64,000 bases of DNA from Octopus sinensis (taxonomy: Eukaryota), in contig NC_043006.1 in NCBI RefSeq assembly GCF_006345805.1, forward strand, positions 32,550,001-32,614,000, written 5' to 3'. Each line of letters begins with the position of its first letter. Position 1 is the first letter of the stretch. A program made the translations under genes and the position numbers. Below the pieces are notes generated by a model, which saw only the letters and a list, made by a program, of their open reading frames with translations, made no database searches and had not been told where the DNA came from. This document shows, piece by piece, positions 37,009 to 49,599 of the stretch.

Positions 37009-37566
37009 TGGCTGCCCCCTTGTTATCGAGTATGGCCATTGCACGAAGCTTAATCAATGTTGTTATCTGTTATCGTGCAATGCCTGTGCAAGAAGATTTG
37101 TTTTTAAAGTGAGGAAAGGCTGTGCACTGAGTCAATCCCACTCACTAAGCAACATCAGCCATAATCCATAAAGAAGAACAAGTCAACATCATCGGTAACC
37201 ACTGAGCTGCAGGTTTTATGTCGAATTATCCCAGTTACCCGAGTTACCTTCTCCTAGAAGGATGCCCTAACAAAGGCTAGGAGTCCTTCACTCCCAATGG
37301 TTTAATCGCGTGATCGGGTATTCAGTCCGATTATTTCTATGTCCCCGCGCATAATAAATCCTTAAGACATTTATTGGATGGCCGTTGACTCTCAAGAGTT
37401 CCTCCGCCCTTTAACGGGTTTTGTTTTTCATCCCGCAGGGTGTCCAATAAACACCCTCCTCACCAAGCAAGCTTGGTGGGATTGCCAGTTTAGTCGCCGA
37501 CGACCCGACCATGCAACAGGTTGTTCTGGGTTACATGTTACCAGTAGCACTCGAAAGTGACCTGAC
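37005..37566 (-). mobile_element. Non-autonomous RTE-derived element (RTE-like 5'UTR fused to the RTE 3' tail)
   Basis: Terminal 49 bp are 47/49 identical to the 3' end of the adjacent RTE (37711-37759); internal gggcatccttctaggagaaggtaactc resembles the RTE 5'UTR motif; no ORF. Confidence 0.7.
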
Positions 37567-37710
37567 ACATATATATATATACATACATACATACATATAT
37601 ACATACGTACACACATACGTATATACATACATACATACATGCATACATACATACATACATACATACATACATGCATACATACATACATACATACATACAT
37701 ACATACATAC

Positions 37711-38615
37711 ATGATGGCTGCCCCCTCGTTATCGAGTATGGCCATTGCACGAAGCTTAACTGTTACTGGTGCTGTGATCGAATGTGACTTTTTAGCCCAG
37801 CTAAGGATCTACAATGTCTTGTACAGGATTGGCAACTAAAACCTTTACCGGTAATAGCCGGCTGTAGTTGTAACTGGGCTTCATGTACCTTTGCATGTCG
37901 TTTAAGTCCTCCTGCCAAATTACACTCTCTTCCATATGTCCGACAGATATGATTAGTATGGTGTCTAACACCACCACCAGTGGTCAGGTTGTCACTCATC
38001 TGTCTCGCTTTATGACTACGAAGATGACTCTTTAGTCCGGCTTTACTGAGGCAGGGTCTTGCACAGACACTGCATGTCAGCATCATAGGAAGACCCTTCC
38101 CATCTGGAAGTGTAACAGCGATGCCCTTCCTGACATCCCACCTTACTTTCTCATGTGCAACTCGAGATTTCTCAAAAGTGGCTGTTTCCTCGTGCACAAT
38201 CCTTCTCCACCTGCTACGATCAATAGCTATGCCCTCCCGTGTGTCAGGAGAGATGCAAGCATCTCTTAAGGAAGCCTTCAGCAAGTCCTTATACCTCTTT
38301 TTTGGTTTATATGAAGGTCGTTCTCCTTTAGCTAACTCTCCATAAAAGAGTTGTTTTGACATCCTTGAATCCTTCAGCCTGACCAGATGACGACTCCATC
38401 TGAGACTTTGCTTTATCACAAGAGCTTCTATACTTTCACACCGAGAGCCTTCCAATATTTCAAGATCACTGATGCGGTCCTTCTACTTAATGCCATAGAT
38501 CTGTCTGAGACACATCTGATGGAAACGTTCCAGTTGTTTAAGGTGGTATCGATACGTGACCCACGTCTCGCAGGCATAGAGAAGAGAAGGAAGCACACAT
38601 GCCTTGTGCACCTTT
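37711..38615 (-). mobile_element. 5'-truncated RTE-clade LINE 3' end with three C2H2-like fingers
   Basis: YKVHKACVLPSLLYACETW...LRWSRHLVRLKDSRMSKQLFYGEL..G.R...PKKRYKD; ORF 37763-38455; 3' tail followed by (TATG)n. Confidence 0.85.
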
Positions 38616-38667
38616 ATACAGACATACATATATACATACGTACAAATGTATGTATGTATGTATGAAT

Positions 38668-39120
38668 GTAAGCTGAAATATTAAGAAATCTGTAGTTACT
38701 CGATCCAGATTACATGTTCAGGTATATACCTGTAATAATTGGGGCCCTGGGATATGTAACACACTGTCTAATTACCAATCTTGAGAAATTAGGCTTCTCA
38801 AAACTAGAAAGAAGAAAGCTAATTTGAAGACTGCAGATCGAATCCATCTCTGGAACTGTAAAAATCTGTAAAACTTTCCAAAAGTTTATCATTTAAATAT
38901 ATATGAGCATGTCTAGATATGTAAATATGCATGAGAATACACACATAAAACATACAAACCTGCACATACATACATAAATACATACATACAAACAAACAAA
39001 CAGAAATACCCTGTTGTTGATGTTGAAATTGCAATGGAGGAGCCTTAGATCTAGGTTAGAAACCGGTTCTTTCTCTATTGGCAATATTCAAATAAAATCT
39101 TAAAATAAAATGAATAATGA
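38668..39120 (+). mobile_element. RLE-type LINE 3' end
   Basis: LLDPDYMFRYIPVIIGALGYVTHCLITNLEKLGFSKLERRKLI*RLQIESISGTVKICKTFQKFII* (IP.IIGALG motif) followed by a 3'UTR. Confidence 0.65.
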
Positions 39121-39296
39121 CATATGTACATGCATACATACATAAATATCTCTTTGAAATTCAAAGAAAAATATGATATCTATGGACAACCAGCTTCTAC
39201 ATCCAGACTATGAATTCATATTCATACCAATAAGAATTCGTGCCCTGGGCTTTGTTAGTAAATGCTTAAAGGAGAATCTGGATAAACTGGATATAT

Positions 39297-39335
<39 letters not shown>

Positions 39336-39489
39336 TATATATGTAAGAGTGTATGTCGGTATTCATTTTCATTTCAAGTTTGTATATATGTATGCTTGCA
39401 TGCATGTTTGTATGTGTGTATGTATGTGTGAATTATGTGTGTATGTATGTACGTATGTATGCATGTATAAAGATGTATGAAGTCGCGTG

Positions 39490-39800
39490 GATCAAAGGTT
39501 TGAGTATTCGGCTAACGATCTTATGATCGTAAGTTCGCTTGACGGCGATGCGTTGTGTCCTTGAAGAAGACACTTTATTTCACGTTCCTCCAGTTCACTC
39601 AGTTATGGCAAAAATGTGTTGTACTTGTATTTCAAAGAGCCAGTCTCATCACATTCTATGTGATACTCAATGTCCCTGAGAAGTACATTAAGAGTACGCG
39701 TGTCTGTGGAGTGGTCAGCCACTTGCACGTTAATTTCACGAGCAGGCTGTTCTGTTGATCAATCAACTGGAACACTCGTCGTCGTAACCGACGTAGTACC
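39490..39800 (+). mobile_element. SINE with a different core and tail type 2
   Basis: Core gcgttgtgtccttgaagaagacactttatttcac; tail shared with 14543-14880. Confidence 0.7.
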
Positions 39801-39887
39801 TGTAGTATCATTATTCACAAGTGCACATACAGTTATAAGGCCAGTCGTACATGCAGACATACAAACATTTATATATTCACACACACG

Positions 39888-39921
<34 letters not shown>

Positions 39922-40836
39922 ATATAATATATATATATATATATTATATATATACGGTATATATCGACAGATTAGGGCACTACGATATGTGTTCTTTTAC
40001 GTATTCTAGTCGCTCGGTCGCGCCCATACTCGGGCGCTGAAATAAAAATGTAAAGAATGCAAGTTATTCACAAGACGTGTGAAACACTTCGACACTGAGG
40101 TAGCCATATTGTAAAGAACGTACCTCTTTAGATGGCAAATTGAAATATGCAATTCAAAGTAATAAAGAGCGATAATGGATATATAAATTATAATGTATAG
40201 AGGTTGAATTGTGAAAATGACTGATGACAATACACAGCCTTATTGTAAGCAAAAAACAAAAACAAAACAAAAAACCGACCTTTTAAAATTGTTTTGCTTC
40301 ATTCATCGTTTAAATCAGATCTATTTCCTGTGAGAGACTAATCCCAACAATTTTCCAGATTCAGGGCGCGTCGTGAGACACATCTTCAGAGACAGGGCAT
40401 ATGTCTTTCTTAGTAAGAGGTAACACACACTGTGAGGAATTCCAACCACGTTTCGTGGTTCGCTCATCAGCTCCTTTATAGGTTCCAGTGGCTAATGACA
40501 TCATCAGGAGGAACCACGTCCGGTTTCGGCCCCTATTCCTCTACCATTATCGACGTGGCGCCCACATACTTTCGGAGGTGTCTTCAGCTCTGGTGTTGAG
40601 CGCGTTTCTTCTTTCTCCTTTTTTCTTTTGTTCTTCGGTTTCTTCGCTGACCTTGCAGTGTGCATTTTTATTTTGGAAATCAGTAGATCCATAACTCACT
40701 AACATAGTACAACATGGCTGCCCTACGTAGAAACTGTACTAAAGTTACCTACACACAATACTGCCTTTGGAAAAACGCTGCGCTTCTTTAAAAGTTTTAC
40801 TTCTTTTTGTATAGACTCACTTGCATATAATTTCCA

Positions 40837-41041
40837 TTAATCCTTTCGTTACTGTATTTATTTTGAGATGCTCTGTGTTTCTTTTAATTACGTTAAATAG
40901 TAAAATAACTTAGTTATCATTCAGCTAATGTTAGGAACATAAATTGTGACTAAGGTTTAGTGGAAGATTTTAATTCAAAATTTATGAAAACAAGTAACCG
41001 GTTTCAGCCAGTTTCAGACGGGTTGGTATCAAAAGGCTCAA
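40837..41041. mobile_element. Possible degenerate piggyBac-like MITE
   Basis: TTAAtcctttcgttac at the left end and imperfect inverse ggtatcaaaaggctcaa at the right end. Confidence 0.35.
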
Positions 41042-41984
41042 GAGAAGTTAGCATTTGAAACTACACAGTATATATTTTATCCACTTCAACCCACAATACA
41101 TATTTTACCCATTATATAAATCTATATAGTAAATTTGGATCATTCACCTTTCATGAATTTACAATATTTTATAGAAAGAGGCGTCTGCAAAATCATTGCT
41201 ACATGTTACAGGAACCAAAGTGTTATTCTACTTTAGATTCTTCTTCGAATAAACATCAGTGCCTTTATTTACATTATTCTTCGATAAAGTGTCATTTTAT
41301 GTGTGGTGCGTATGCCAAAATGTATGAAATATGTTTGCTGTCATTGCTTTTTAATATAGATTTATTTAGATATTTAAAATTTGGGTTAACGATTAAATTA
41401 TGCCGATTAAAACGCTTTCAAAGTCTACGGCTACCAGATGTCATCAACAGTTTGCATATAAATGCTACTGGATCTTCCTCAGGAATTATTCATTTTCCGT
41501 CGAGTATGTAACAAATGAGAGAATGAGAAAATGGAATTCACGAGATATTTTATTAATCACAACGATGGTTTCGACCCATCTTGCATCGGTCCCTCGCTGG
41601 TGAGGCACTTCTCAACTGGCTCTGGTGCTTTCTTCGCTGCAGACGTGTCTTGTCAGGTGACTTTTCAGAAGGTACGACGCTCAGTAAACTCAGTTTCATT
41701 GCTTCTATTATAATGCATGTAGTTATTTGTGGTTGCATACAAGTTTTGTGCCGCATATAGCATTTTACACACACATGCCAAATACCCCCACACATACATA
41801 CACACACACCCACACTTACACGCACAAGCCACGAAAGATAAATATGTTGAACCTTGTACCTACATTTCTGTATATTTTCATGTACTTAGGCAAATCTATA
41901 AATATTTATGTTTTCATAACGTCTATGTTACTTTCATTCATTCAAATATTGTTTTATATACATACCTACATACGTACACACACT

Positions 41985-41986
41985 TT

Positions 41987-42073
<87 letters not shown>

Positions 42074-42176
42074 CATATATATATACATATATATATATAT
42101 ATACATATACATACATATATATATATATACATATACATATACATATATATATACATATATATACATACATACATAC

Positions 42177-42260
<84 letters not shown>
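41985..42260. repeat. Long (TA)n/(TACA) compound microsatellite
   Basis: Seen directly; source of spurious YI-repeat ORFs. Confidence 0.95.
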
Positions 42261-42262
<2 letters not shown>

Positions 42263-42999
42263 GTGTTTGTGCTTATGTGCGCCAACACATGCATATCCTC
42301 ACACACATATATCTATATCTGGCGAATCAAATACGAGCAAAACAACGAAAGTCCAAAGAGCAGCCAGATTTGTTTTGATTCGCCGTATTAATCGTCGCAC
42401 GCTCACGAGGACCTTCCACCTGAATAAGATCAATAATGTGGAGTACATTGGATTATCTTACGGCATCGCACTACCTTCTCGGATTACATCGGTTCTTCAG
42501 CTTGTTTCATTGTGTGTAGGCGTGTATGTACATTCATATACACAACCACGTACACACGTTCAAACACGCATACTCACACACACATAGATACTCACACGCA
42601 CGCATATAAACACCCACGCGTGCACACACATACATACATACACACTCACACGTACATACGCACGCACACAGAGACTCACACTTATACACATATGGAACTT
42701 GGAAGTGTTTATATCCTATTCTGAACTTATTCAGAGATCTACACTTTGTAATTATATATTCAAAACGCTCATATCTTTTGACACAAAAATGTCTTATATA
42801 TACTTTTACGAGTACATGTATACAGAATCTTATTACAACTGGCCAGGGAACGGAAACGTGAAACTCTGAGTAGCATTTTCTTTGTGATGTTTTTGTTGGT
42901 CTAATAAAAAAGCTTATTCGAGCACTGCTTTTTCCCACCTGGCTTTGCAATTATGTTTCTATTCGTGTATATGTGTGTCTAGACACATACACACACACA

Positions 43000-43074
<75 letters not shown>

Positions 43075-43143
43075 TTTGATACTTTGATACTTTGATAGGT
43101 TTCGGCCATTATTGGCCCAGGCCATGTCTAATTAATAGCACCA

Positions 43144-43195
<52 letters not shown>

Positions 43196-43360
43196 AATAT
43201 ATATATATGCATGTATGTATATAATATATATATATATATATATTATATATATTATATATATATATATGTATAGAGAGAGAGAGAGAGAGAGAGAAGTAAA
43301 TAGATATCTAAATATGTATAATTGTATAGAAATATATATATATATATAAACACACACACA

Positions 43361-43415
<55 letters not shown>

Positions 43416-43472
43416 TATATATAAATATAATAATATATATAATGAATATATATGATAAATATTATATAAATT

Positions 43473-43630
43473 TTCTGTTGTGTCTGGGGAGAGTCATTCT
43501 CTTTCAGTACCTTATTATTTAACACACTATAATAAGGTTGAAAGAGAATAACTCTCCCCAGACACAACAGAATATGCTTCAACACACGAACTCATATAAA
43601 GAATCTTGCAAACCAAATACAAAAACGAAA
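43473..43630. mobile_element. Fold-back Penelope-like terminal-repeat remnant (gtgtctggggagagtc family)
   Basis: Inverted arms at about 43473-43518 and 43530-43572; continues into sequence homologous to 50229-50310. Confidence 0.6.
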
Positions 43631-43847
43631 TATATATAATAGATATATAAATATAGATATCATAAATATATATGGTCCCCGCCATATTTTGTAGAGATCT
43701 TAAGGCCAACAAGCTTTGGGGTCTGACGATACACTTTATTGACTGGAAATCCAGTGTAATCCCATAAACCAGCTTTCTCCATTTTTTAAAAATATACAGT
43801 CCAGTCTACATCTTTGAATGTACTATACTTCTCTGGATTTTTGTTTC

Positions 43848-43922
<75 letters not shown>

Positions 43923-43956
43923 ACATATATATATATGTATGTATATATATATATGC

Positions 43957-43989
<33 letters not shown>

Positions 43990-45249
43990 TACATACATAC
44001 ATACATACATACACACACACATATATGTAAGATTCTATCCATCTAGATTGTGTACATTTGTCACATTCAACTTTGTAAGTTACTCGAATTTCTAAGTTAT
44101 TTCCCATATCACTTTTGAAAGAAACACAATTTGCCTCTAAACACCGAAGGTAAACGTCCGTTCAATTTATCACCCTCATTATTTGAATATATTTCTTAAA
44201 TTAAAAATTATCAATGATATAAAAGCAGTCTTTTATATCATAGATCAGCAAAAATCTTCGAAAGGAGGTTTTCGTGTGATATCTTCGCCCGTTTTCAGCT
44301 TTTTAAGCCTGTTGGCATAAAACAGTTCACAGATTTGATGCTTGTTTTCACTACTTTCACTAGTAGAGATTTAAAACTTAATGCATCATTTTACCTCTCA
44401 TAATTGACCGCTTTCTTCCGTTATTTTTGAAAAGAGGATGTATTGAATTTCCCATACCACATGTGCACTATGCTACATTCAGACAATCCATATTTGCATT
44501 CATTATAAATAGTTTCTTCTTTTCAGTCTTTTTATTTTTAAAAATTAATCAGTTACATCTCTTGACTCGCAACGAAGGTCTTCGCCTTTTGAATTACATT
44601 TTATTTTCTTGCGATGCAAATTTCCCTCTACTCAGATTCGTGGTTTGTCTTCGATTATTAATAATTTGTGCCTCTACCACCTGTTGCCGAGTTGTGAAGA
44701 GCAACAAACACTAACACATATATATCACATAAAAATAGACATAAATATTTTTCAGTTTCCTTTTTACCAGGTTCACTGAAAAATTAATAGAAGGCACTTG
44801 ATCAAAATGCTTTACAGTGGATCTTAAGCAAACACCAGATAATCAGGTAGTAGTAAAGAGAACCTATCCATACACACTCACACATACGCATACACACGCA
44901 CACACATACACACACACAGATATGCACAAACGTATATATGAGTCTTGTTTAAATAGACCTGACTCCAAGAACAATAACAGTACAAAATTATTAATAACAC
45001 CATACCTATGTAATTCCTAACGTCTTTCTATTTTTTCTTTCAGCCAACGACGAGTACTTTATGACAACTCAGATTCTTAAATACGAATTTCATGTCATTC
45101 TCTAGGAAACAATTGTATAGCTACATGAACGGAAAAAGTTATTGTCCATATTAACATCTAATCTGCTCCATTTACGTAAATATGAACAGACTTGTTAAAA
45201 TCATATATACATATATACGTTAAATCATATAATTAATACTCCTCTTTTT

Positions 45250-45372
45250 AATTGTTTCAGTCATTTGACTGTGGCCATGCTGGAGCACCGCCTTTAGTCG
45301 AGCAAATCTGCCCCAGGACTTAGTCTTTGTAAGCCTAGTACTTATTCTCTCGGCCTCTTTTGCCGATCGCTG

Positions 45373-45414
<42 letters not shown>

Positions 45415-45520
45415 ATATATACATATACACACAAATATATATGTGTGTCTGTGTTCGGCCCCTCGAGATCGCTTGAAAACCGGTGATGGCAACCGGCAGC
45501 AGTAGAAAATCACCAACAAA
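45250..45520 (-). mobile_element. SINE 3' part with CCAGCATGGC tail
   Basis: Minus strand ggtgctccagcatggccacagtcaaatgactgaaac; homologous to 60925-61125. Confidence 0.7.
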
Positions 45521-45555
45521 TGATGGATGCCGCAACGTGCAGTTACAGTGCATGC

Positions 45556-45602
45556 TGCTACTACTACTACTACTACTACTACTAGTACTACTACTACTAC
45601 TT

Positions 45603-45661
<59 letters not shown>

Positions 45662-45728
45662 ACTACTACTACTATTACTACTACTACTACTTCTACTACT
45701 ACTACTACTACTACTACTGCTACTACTT

Positions 45729-45826
<98 letters not shown>

Positions 45827-45870
45827 ACTACTACTACTACTATTACTACTACTACTACTACTACTACCAC
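45556..45870. repeat. Long compound (CTA)n/(CTG)n microsatellite
   Basis: Seen directly. Confidence 0.95.
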
Positions 45871-45879
45871 CGTGACTAC

Positions 45880-46165
45880 CACCGTGACCGACCAGGTTAT
45901 CAGATGTTGCTGGTCACAATGCGCTTCGCATTGCTTTAGCCTTCAAATGACGCCACCCCGCTGGCTAAGCGAGCAGGCCAACAGAAGAAAGAGTGAGAGA
46001 AAGTTGTGGCGAAAGAGTACAGCAGGGATCGCCACCACCCGCTGCGGGAGCCTAGTGGAGCTTTAGATGTTTTCGCTCAATAAACACTCACAACGCCCGG
46101 CCTGGGAATCGAAACCGCAATCCTACGACCGCGAGTCCCCTGCCCTAACTGGGCCATTGCGCCTC

Positions 46166-46168
<3 letters not shown>
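45880..46168 (-). mobile_element. tRNA-derived SINE, 'ggcgcaatggc' head, tail type 3
   Basis: Head ggaggcgcaatggcccag...ggtttcgattccc; tail unlike those at 5209 and 14543. Confidence 0.8.
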
Positions 46169-46237
<69 letters not shown>

Positions 46238-47297
46238 GTGTGTGTGTGTGTGTGTTTAAAATTCTAGGTTTAATTGTGCGTTCAGTTCGCTTGTCGCCCG
46301 CGTGTTTCCAGATAATTCTTTACGATGCACTGTAAGCGCGGCTTTTGCGTGCACCTGACCATTAATTTGCGAATATAATTTGGTTGACAGAAATTGAGCA
46401 GCGTCGATATTTATCTCAGATCTTGCCAAGTCATTTTGTAAAAGAAGGCCATAATCAATATCATACAGCCTTCGCCGGTGGTAAATCCGCTTAATTAAAG
46501 TTATTCTGAGTCTACATGTAAGCAACACAATTGGAGACATTATACATATATCATGTAGAAATGGCTCCTGTCATTGGTTCAAAACATAATTATCTTTATT
46601 GTCGTTTAGCTTGAGTTAAACGATGTTGAAGTCATGGCCGTCGTATATTTTATGCACACAGTATGTAGCTAGGACTCAATTATACGCCCATTTCTTCATA
46701 TTTAACGAGAGTTTGGTTTTCAAGAGAAAATGTTGCTACTTATCGCCAATAAGATGTTTCTACGTTTAATTAAGTATTTTTTAAATTAGTGAGAATTTGA
46801 AGTGAGATCATTGATGCGCACTGATTTGCAATTTGAAAAACATTTCTTTTACCGAAAAACAATTATTAAAGACAGCAGAACACACAAGTAAATTTCTGAC
46901 AACGCGTAGCGTTTGTGTTCACTGTGGTTGGCTCGATTTCCGTTGAAAGAAAATTGTTTTGCATTCTTCCAAATTTGAGGGAAAATAAACACGCCATTGA
47001 TGACAAGGTTTTAATGTAGGCGATAAGATATCGATGCAGTGAGTTTAAGATTCGACTGCGAATACCTATAATACGTTAGTGGCAAAAGCTAGCCACACGT
47101 CAGGTGGAAATCAGTCCAGGTGGTGGAACGGACCCGACGCATGCCTTTTACCGTTTACGTTTTACTTCATTTTAGTCAATGGATTAAGACCATGCTGGAG
47201 CACCAACCCTTCTTGAAGAGTTTTAGTTTTACATACGCATAGACACACATATATAAATATATATATATATATGTTTTTATACATATATGTATACATA

Positions 47298-47414
<117 letters not shown>

Positions 47415-47483
47415 CAGAAAAAGTGTCAAAAGACAGGTCGGTTCCTCTCCAATTTTTTGTAAATTCTTAAATATATTTCCTTC

Positions 47484-47522
<39 letters not shown>

Positions 47523-47827
47523 TACCAAACAAACATGATTTTTATGGAACTCTTAATACTTTTTGTTGAATACTTTCTTAAATACTTTCTTGTAAACTGT
47601 TGTTTAACCTTCTCTTATTATTATCAAAGAATGTATATATGTATTTTGATACTTTTGTGACAACCAGTACTTAACACAACAAAGCTTATACAAAGCTTAA
47701 CATCTTACTTTTGACAATATTTTTATAAAAAAGTGAAACCGGTCAAGTGAATAAACATCCAAATTGCATTTTCAAACCTTCTTTCATATATATTTCCACT
47801 TGTGCGGTACCTTACAACTTTGCTTTG

Positions 47828-47930
<103 letters not shown>

Positions 47931-47932
47931 TT

Positions 47933-49178
47933 TCTTCTTTATCCCCGTCTGTCTTGATAGACAATGGGTTGCGCCAAGGGTGGGGCCTACTTTGATGATG
48001 TGCAGCGTCTGCTGTGACTGAACAGTCCAATTCTAGAGTGGCAGTCCTTGGTACAGTTGCTGCACACGAACATCGATGGGTACGTGTGGGGTGTTGCTGC
48101 AGTTGTCCTCCTCCTGTCCCGCCTGTCCAACCACAGCTGTGCTCTCATCTCCTCAGCCATGGAAACGCCTTTCCTCACCGTCCGACGCCAGGCAGAGCGG
48201 TCAGCAGCTGTTTCCTCCCTCCTGTCCACACAGATGTTGGCAGTCCTCAGGTCGCGCTTGCACACGTCCCTGTATCGTAGCTGTGGACGTCCCTTGGGTC
48301 GGGATCCCGTGGTGAGTTCGCTGTACAGGATGTCTTTAGGCATGCGACCGTCCTGCATGCGGCAGACGTGTCCGAGCCAGCGCAGTCGTCTCCGCACGAG
48401 GAGGACATACATGCTTGGCATATTAGTCTGTTCCAGGATGACTCCGTTTGGCACTCGGTCCTTCCAGGAGATGCTAAGGATCCGTCGAAGACACCGCATG
48501 TGGAAGCCGCTGAGGCGGCATTCCTGCCGGGTGTATGTTGTCCAGCTCTCGCTGCCGTAGAGTAGGGTGCTCAGCACGCAGGCTCGGTACACTGCGATCT
48601 TGGTGGTTATTGTGAGCATGTTGTTTTCCCACACTCTCCTGGAGAGCTTAGCCATAGCAGCAGCAGCCTTCCCAATCCGTCTGTTCAGCTCCGGCTCGAG
48701 GGACAGGCTGCTGGAGACCGTCGATCCCAGGTAAGTGAATTCGTTCACCACCTGCAAGCTGTGGTCGCCGACACTGATGCTGGGGACCCCTCCGACGTCC
48801 TGGCCCATGATCTCTGTCTTTTTCAGGCTGATGGTAAGGCCGAACTCTTGGCAGGCATCCGCCAGGGAGCTGACCAGCCTCTGGAGACCCGGTTGGTTGT
48901 GTGATGTTAGGGCGGCATCGTCAGCAAAGAGGATCTCTCTGATCAGCACCTGACGGACTTTGGTCTTAGCTCTGAGGCGCGCAAGATTGAACAATCCACC
49001 ATCAGCCCTGGTGTGGAGGAACACTCCGTCGTCGGACGTTCTGAAGGCATAGGACAGGACAAGGGAGAAGAAAATTCCGAAGAGCGTCGGCGCCAGAACG
49101 CAACCCTGTTTCACTCCACTCTGGATGGGGAATGACTCCGAGGGCGATCCGTCAAACTGCACTGTTCCAGTGTACAGA
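47933..49178 (-). mobile_element. 5'-truncated RTE/BovB-like LINE
   Basis: Uninterrupted ORF plus a short 3'UTR ending ...gacggggataaagaagaaagaa next to (TA)n. Confidence 0.9.
47987..49162 (-). CDS. RTE-clade reverse transcriptase C-terminal half (391 aa) with a terminal C2H2-like finger
   Basis: GVKQGCVLAPTLF, LFADD, FGLTISLKKT, YLGS, LLYGSESW, LRWLGHVCRM, RMPKDILYSEL and CSNCTKDCHSRIGLFSHSRRC. Confidence 0.92.
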   Translation of the reverse strand: MQFDGSPSESFPIQSGVKQGCVLAPTLFGIFFSLVLSYAFRTSDDGVFLHTRADGGLFNLARLRAKTKVRQVLIREILFADDAALTSHNQPGLQRLVSSLADACQEFGLTISLKKTEIMGQDVGGVPSISVGDHSLQVVNEFTYLGSTVSSSLSLEPELNRRIGKAAAAMAKLSRRVWENNMLTITTKIAVYRACVLSTLLYGSESWTTYTRQECRLSGFHMRCLRRILSISWKDRVPNGVILEQTNMPSMYVLLVRRRLRWLGHVCRMQDGRMPKDILYSELTTGSRPKGRPQLRYRDVCKRDLRTANICVDRREETAADRSAWRRTVRKGVSMAEEMRAQLWLDRRDRRRTTAATPHTYPSMFVCSNCTKDCHSRIGLFSHSRRCTSSK

Positions 49179-49599
49179 TATTGTATTTTGAGAAAAAAGA
49201 AGATAATTCTTTAATAGCGCTTTCGTTCGTTTATTTAACTCGTCAAGACAAAATCGAAATGGTAAAAACAGAACGTTTTGTCCATTTATATGGATCAGAT
49301 GTGTTTTGCTTTGTTAGGAAGAAGAGAGAAAGAAAAGTAAGGAGTGGGAGAAAAAGAGATAGAGACAGAAGTTTCAAGACAGTCGAGAAAAGGAAAAACG
49401 ATAATAAATAATGAAGGGGAAAGGATAAATATATATATTGTTTTTTTTCCAATTGTATGAACTAAAAGTCGGAGGGGGACGGGATAAACTACCTGCATCA
49501 ACTTGCTATAAAAACAGGTTGTAATTTCACCTTCCACTTATTCTTAGTGCAAGTTGTGAAGAGTGCAGTTCGATTTTAACAGTTGTTTTTTCAAAGCTA

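Noticed and set aside
40556-40563. TGGCGCCC resembling a tRNA-Lys primer-binding site
   Set aside because: Only 8 nt match, with no adjacent LTR (TG...CA) or gag/pol sequence.
46260-47160. CpG-richer unique region as a promoter
   Set aside because: No linked gene or diagnostic motif, so it cannot be supported from sequence alone.
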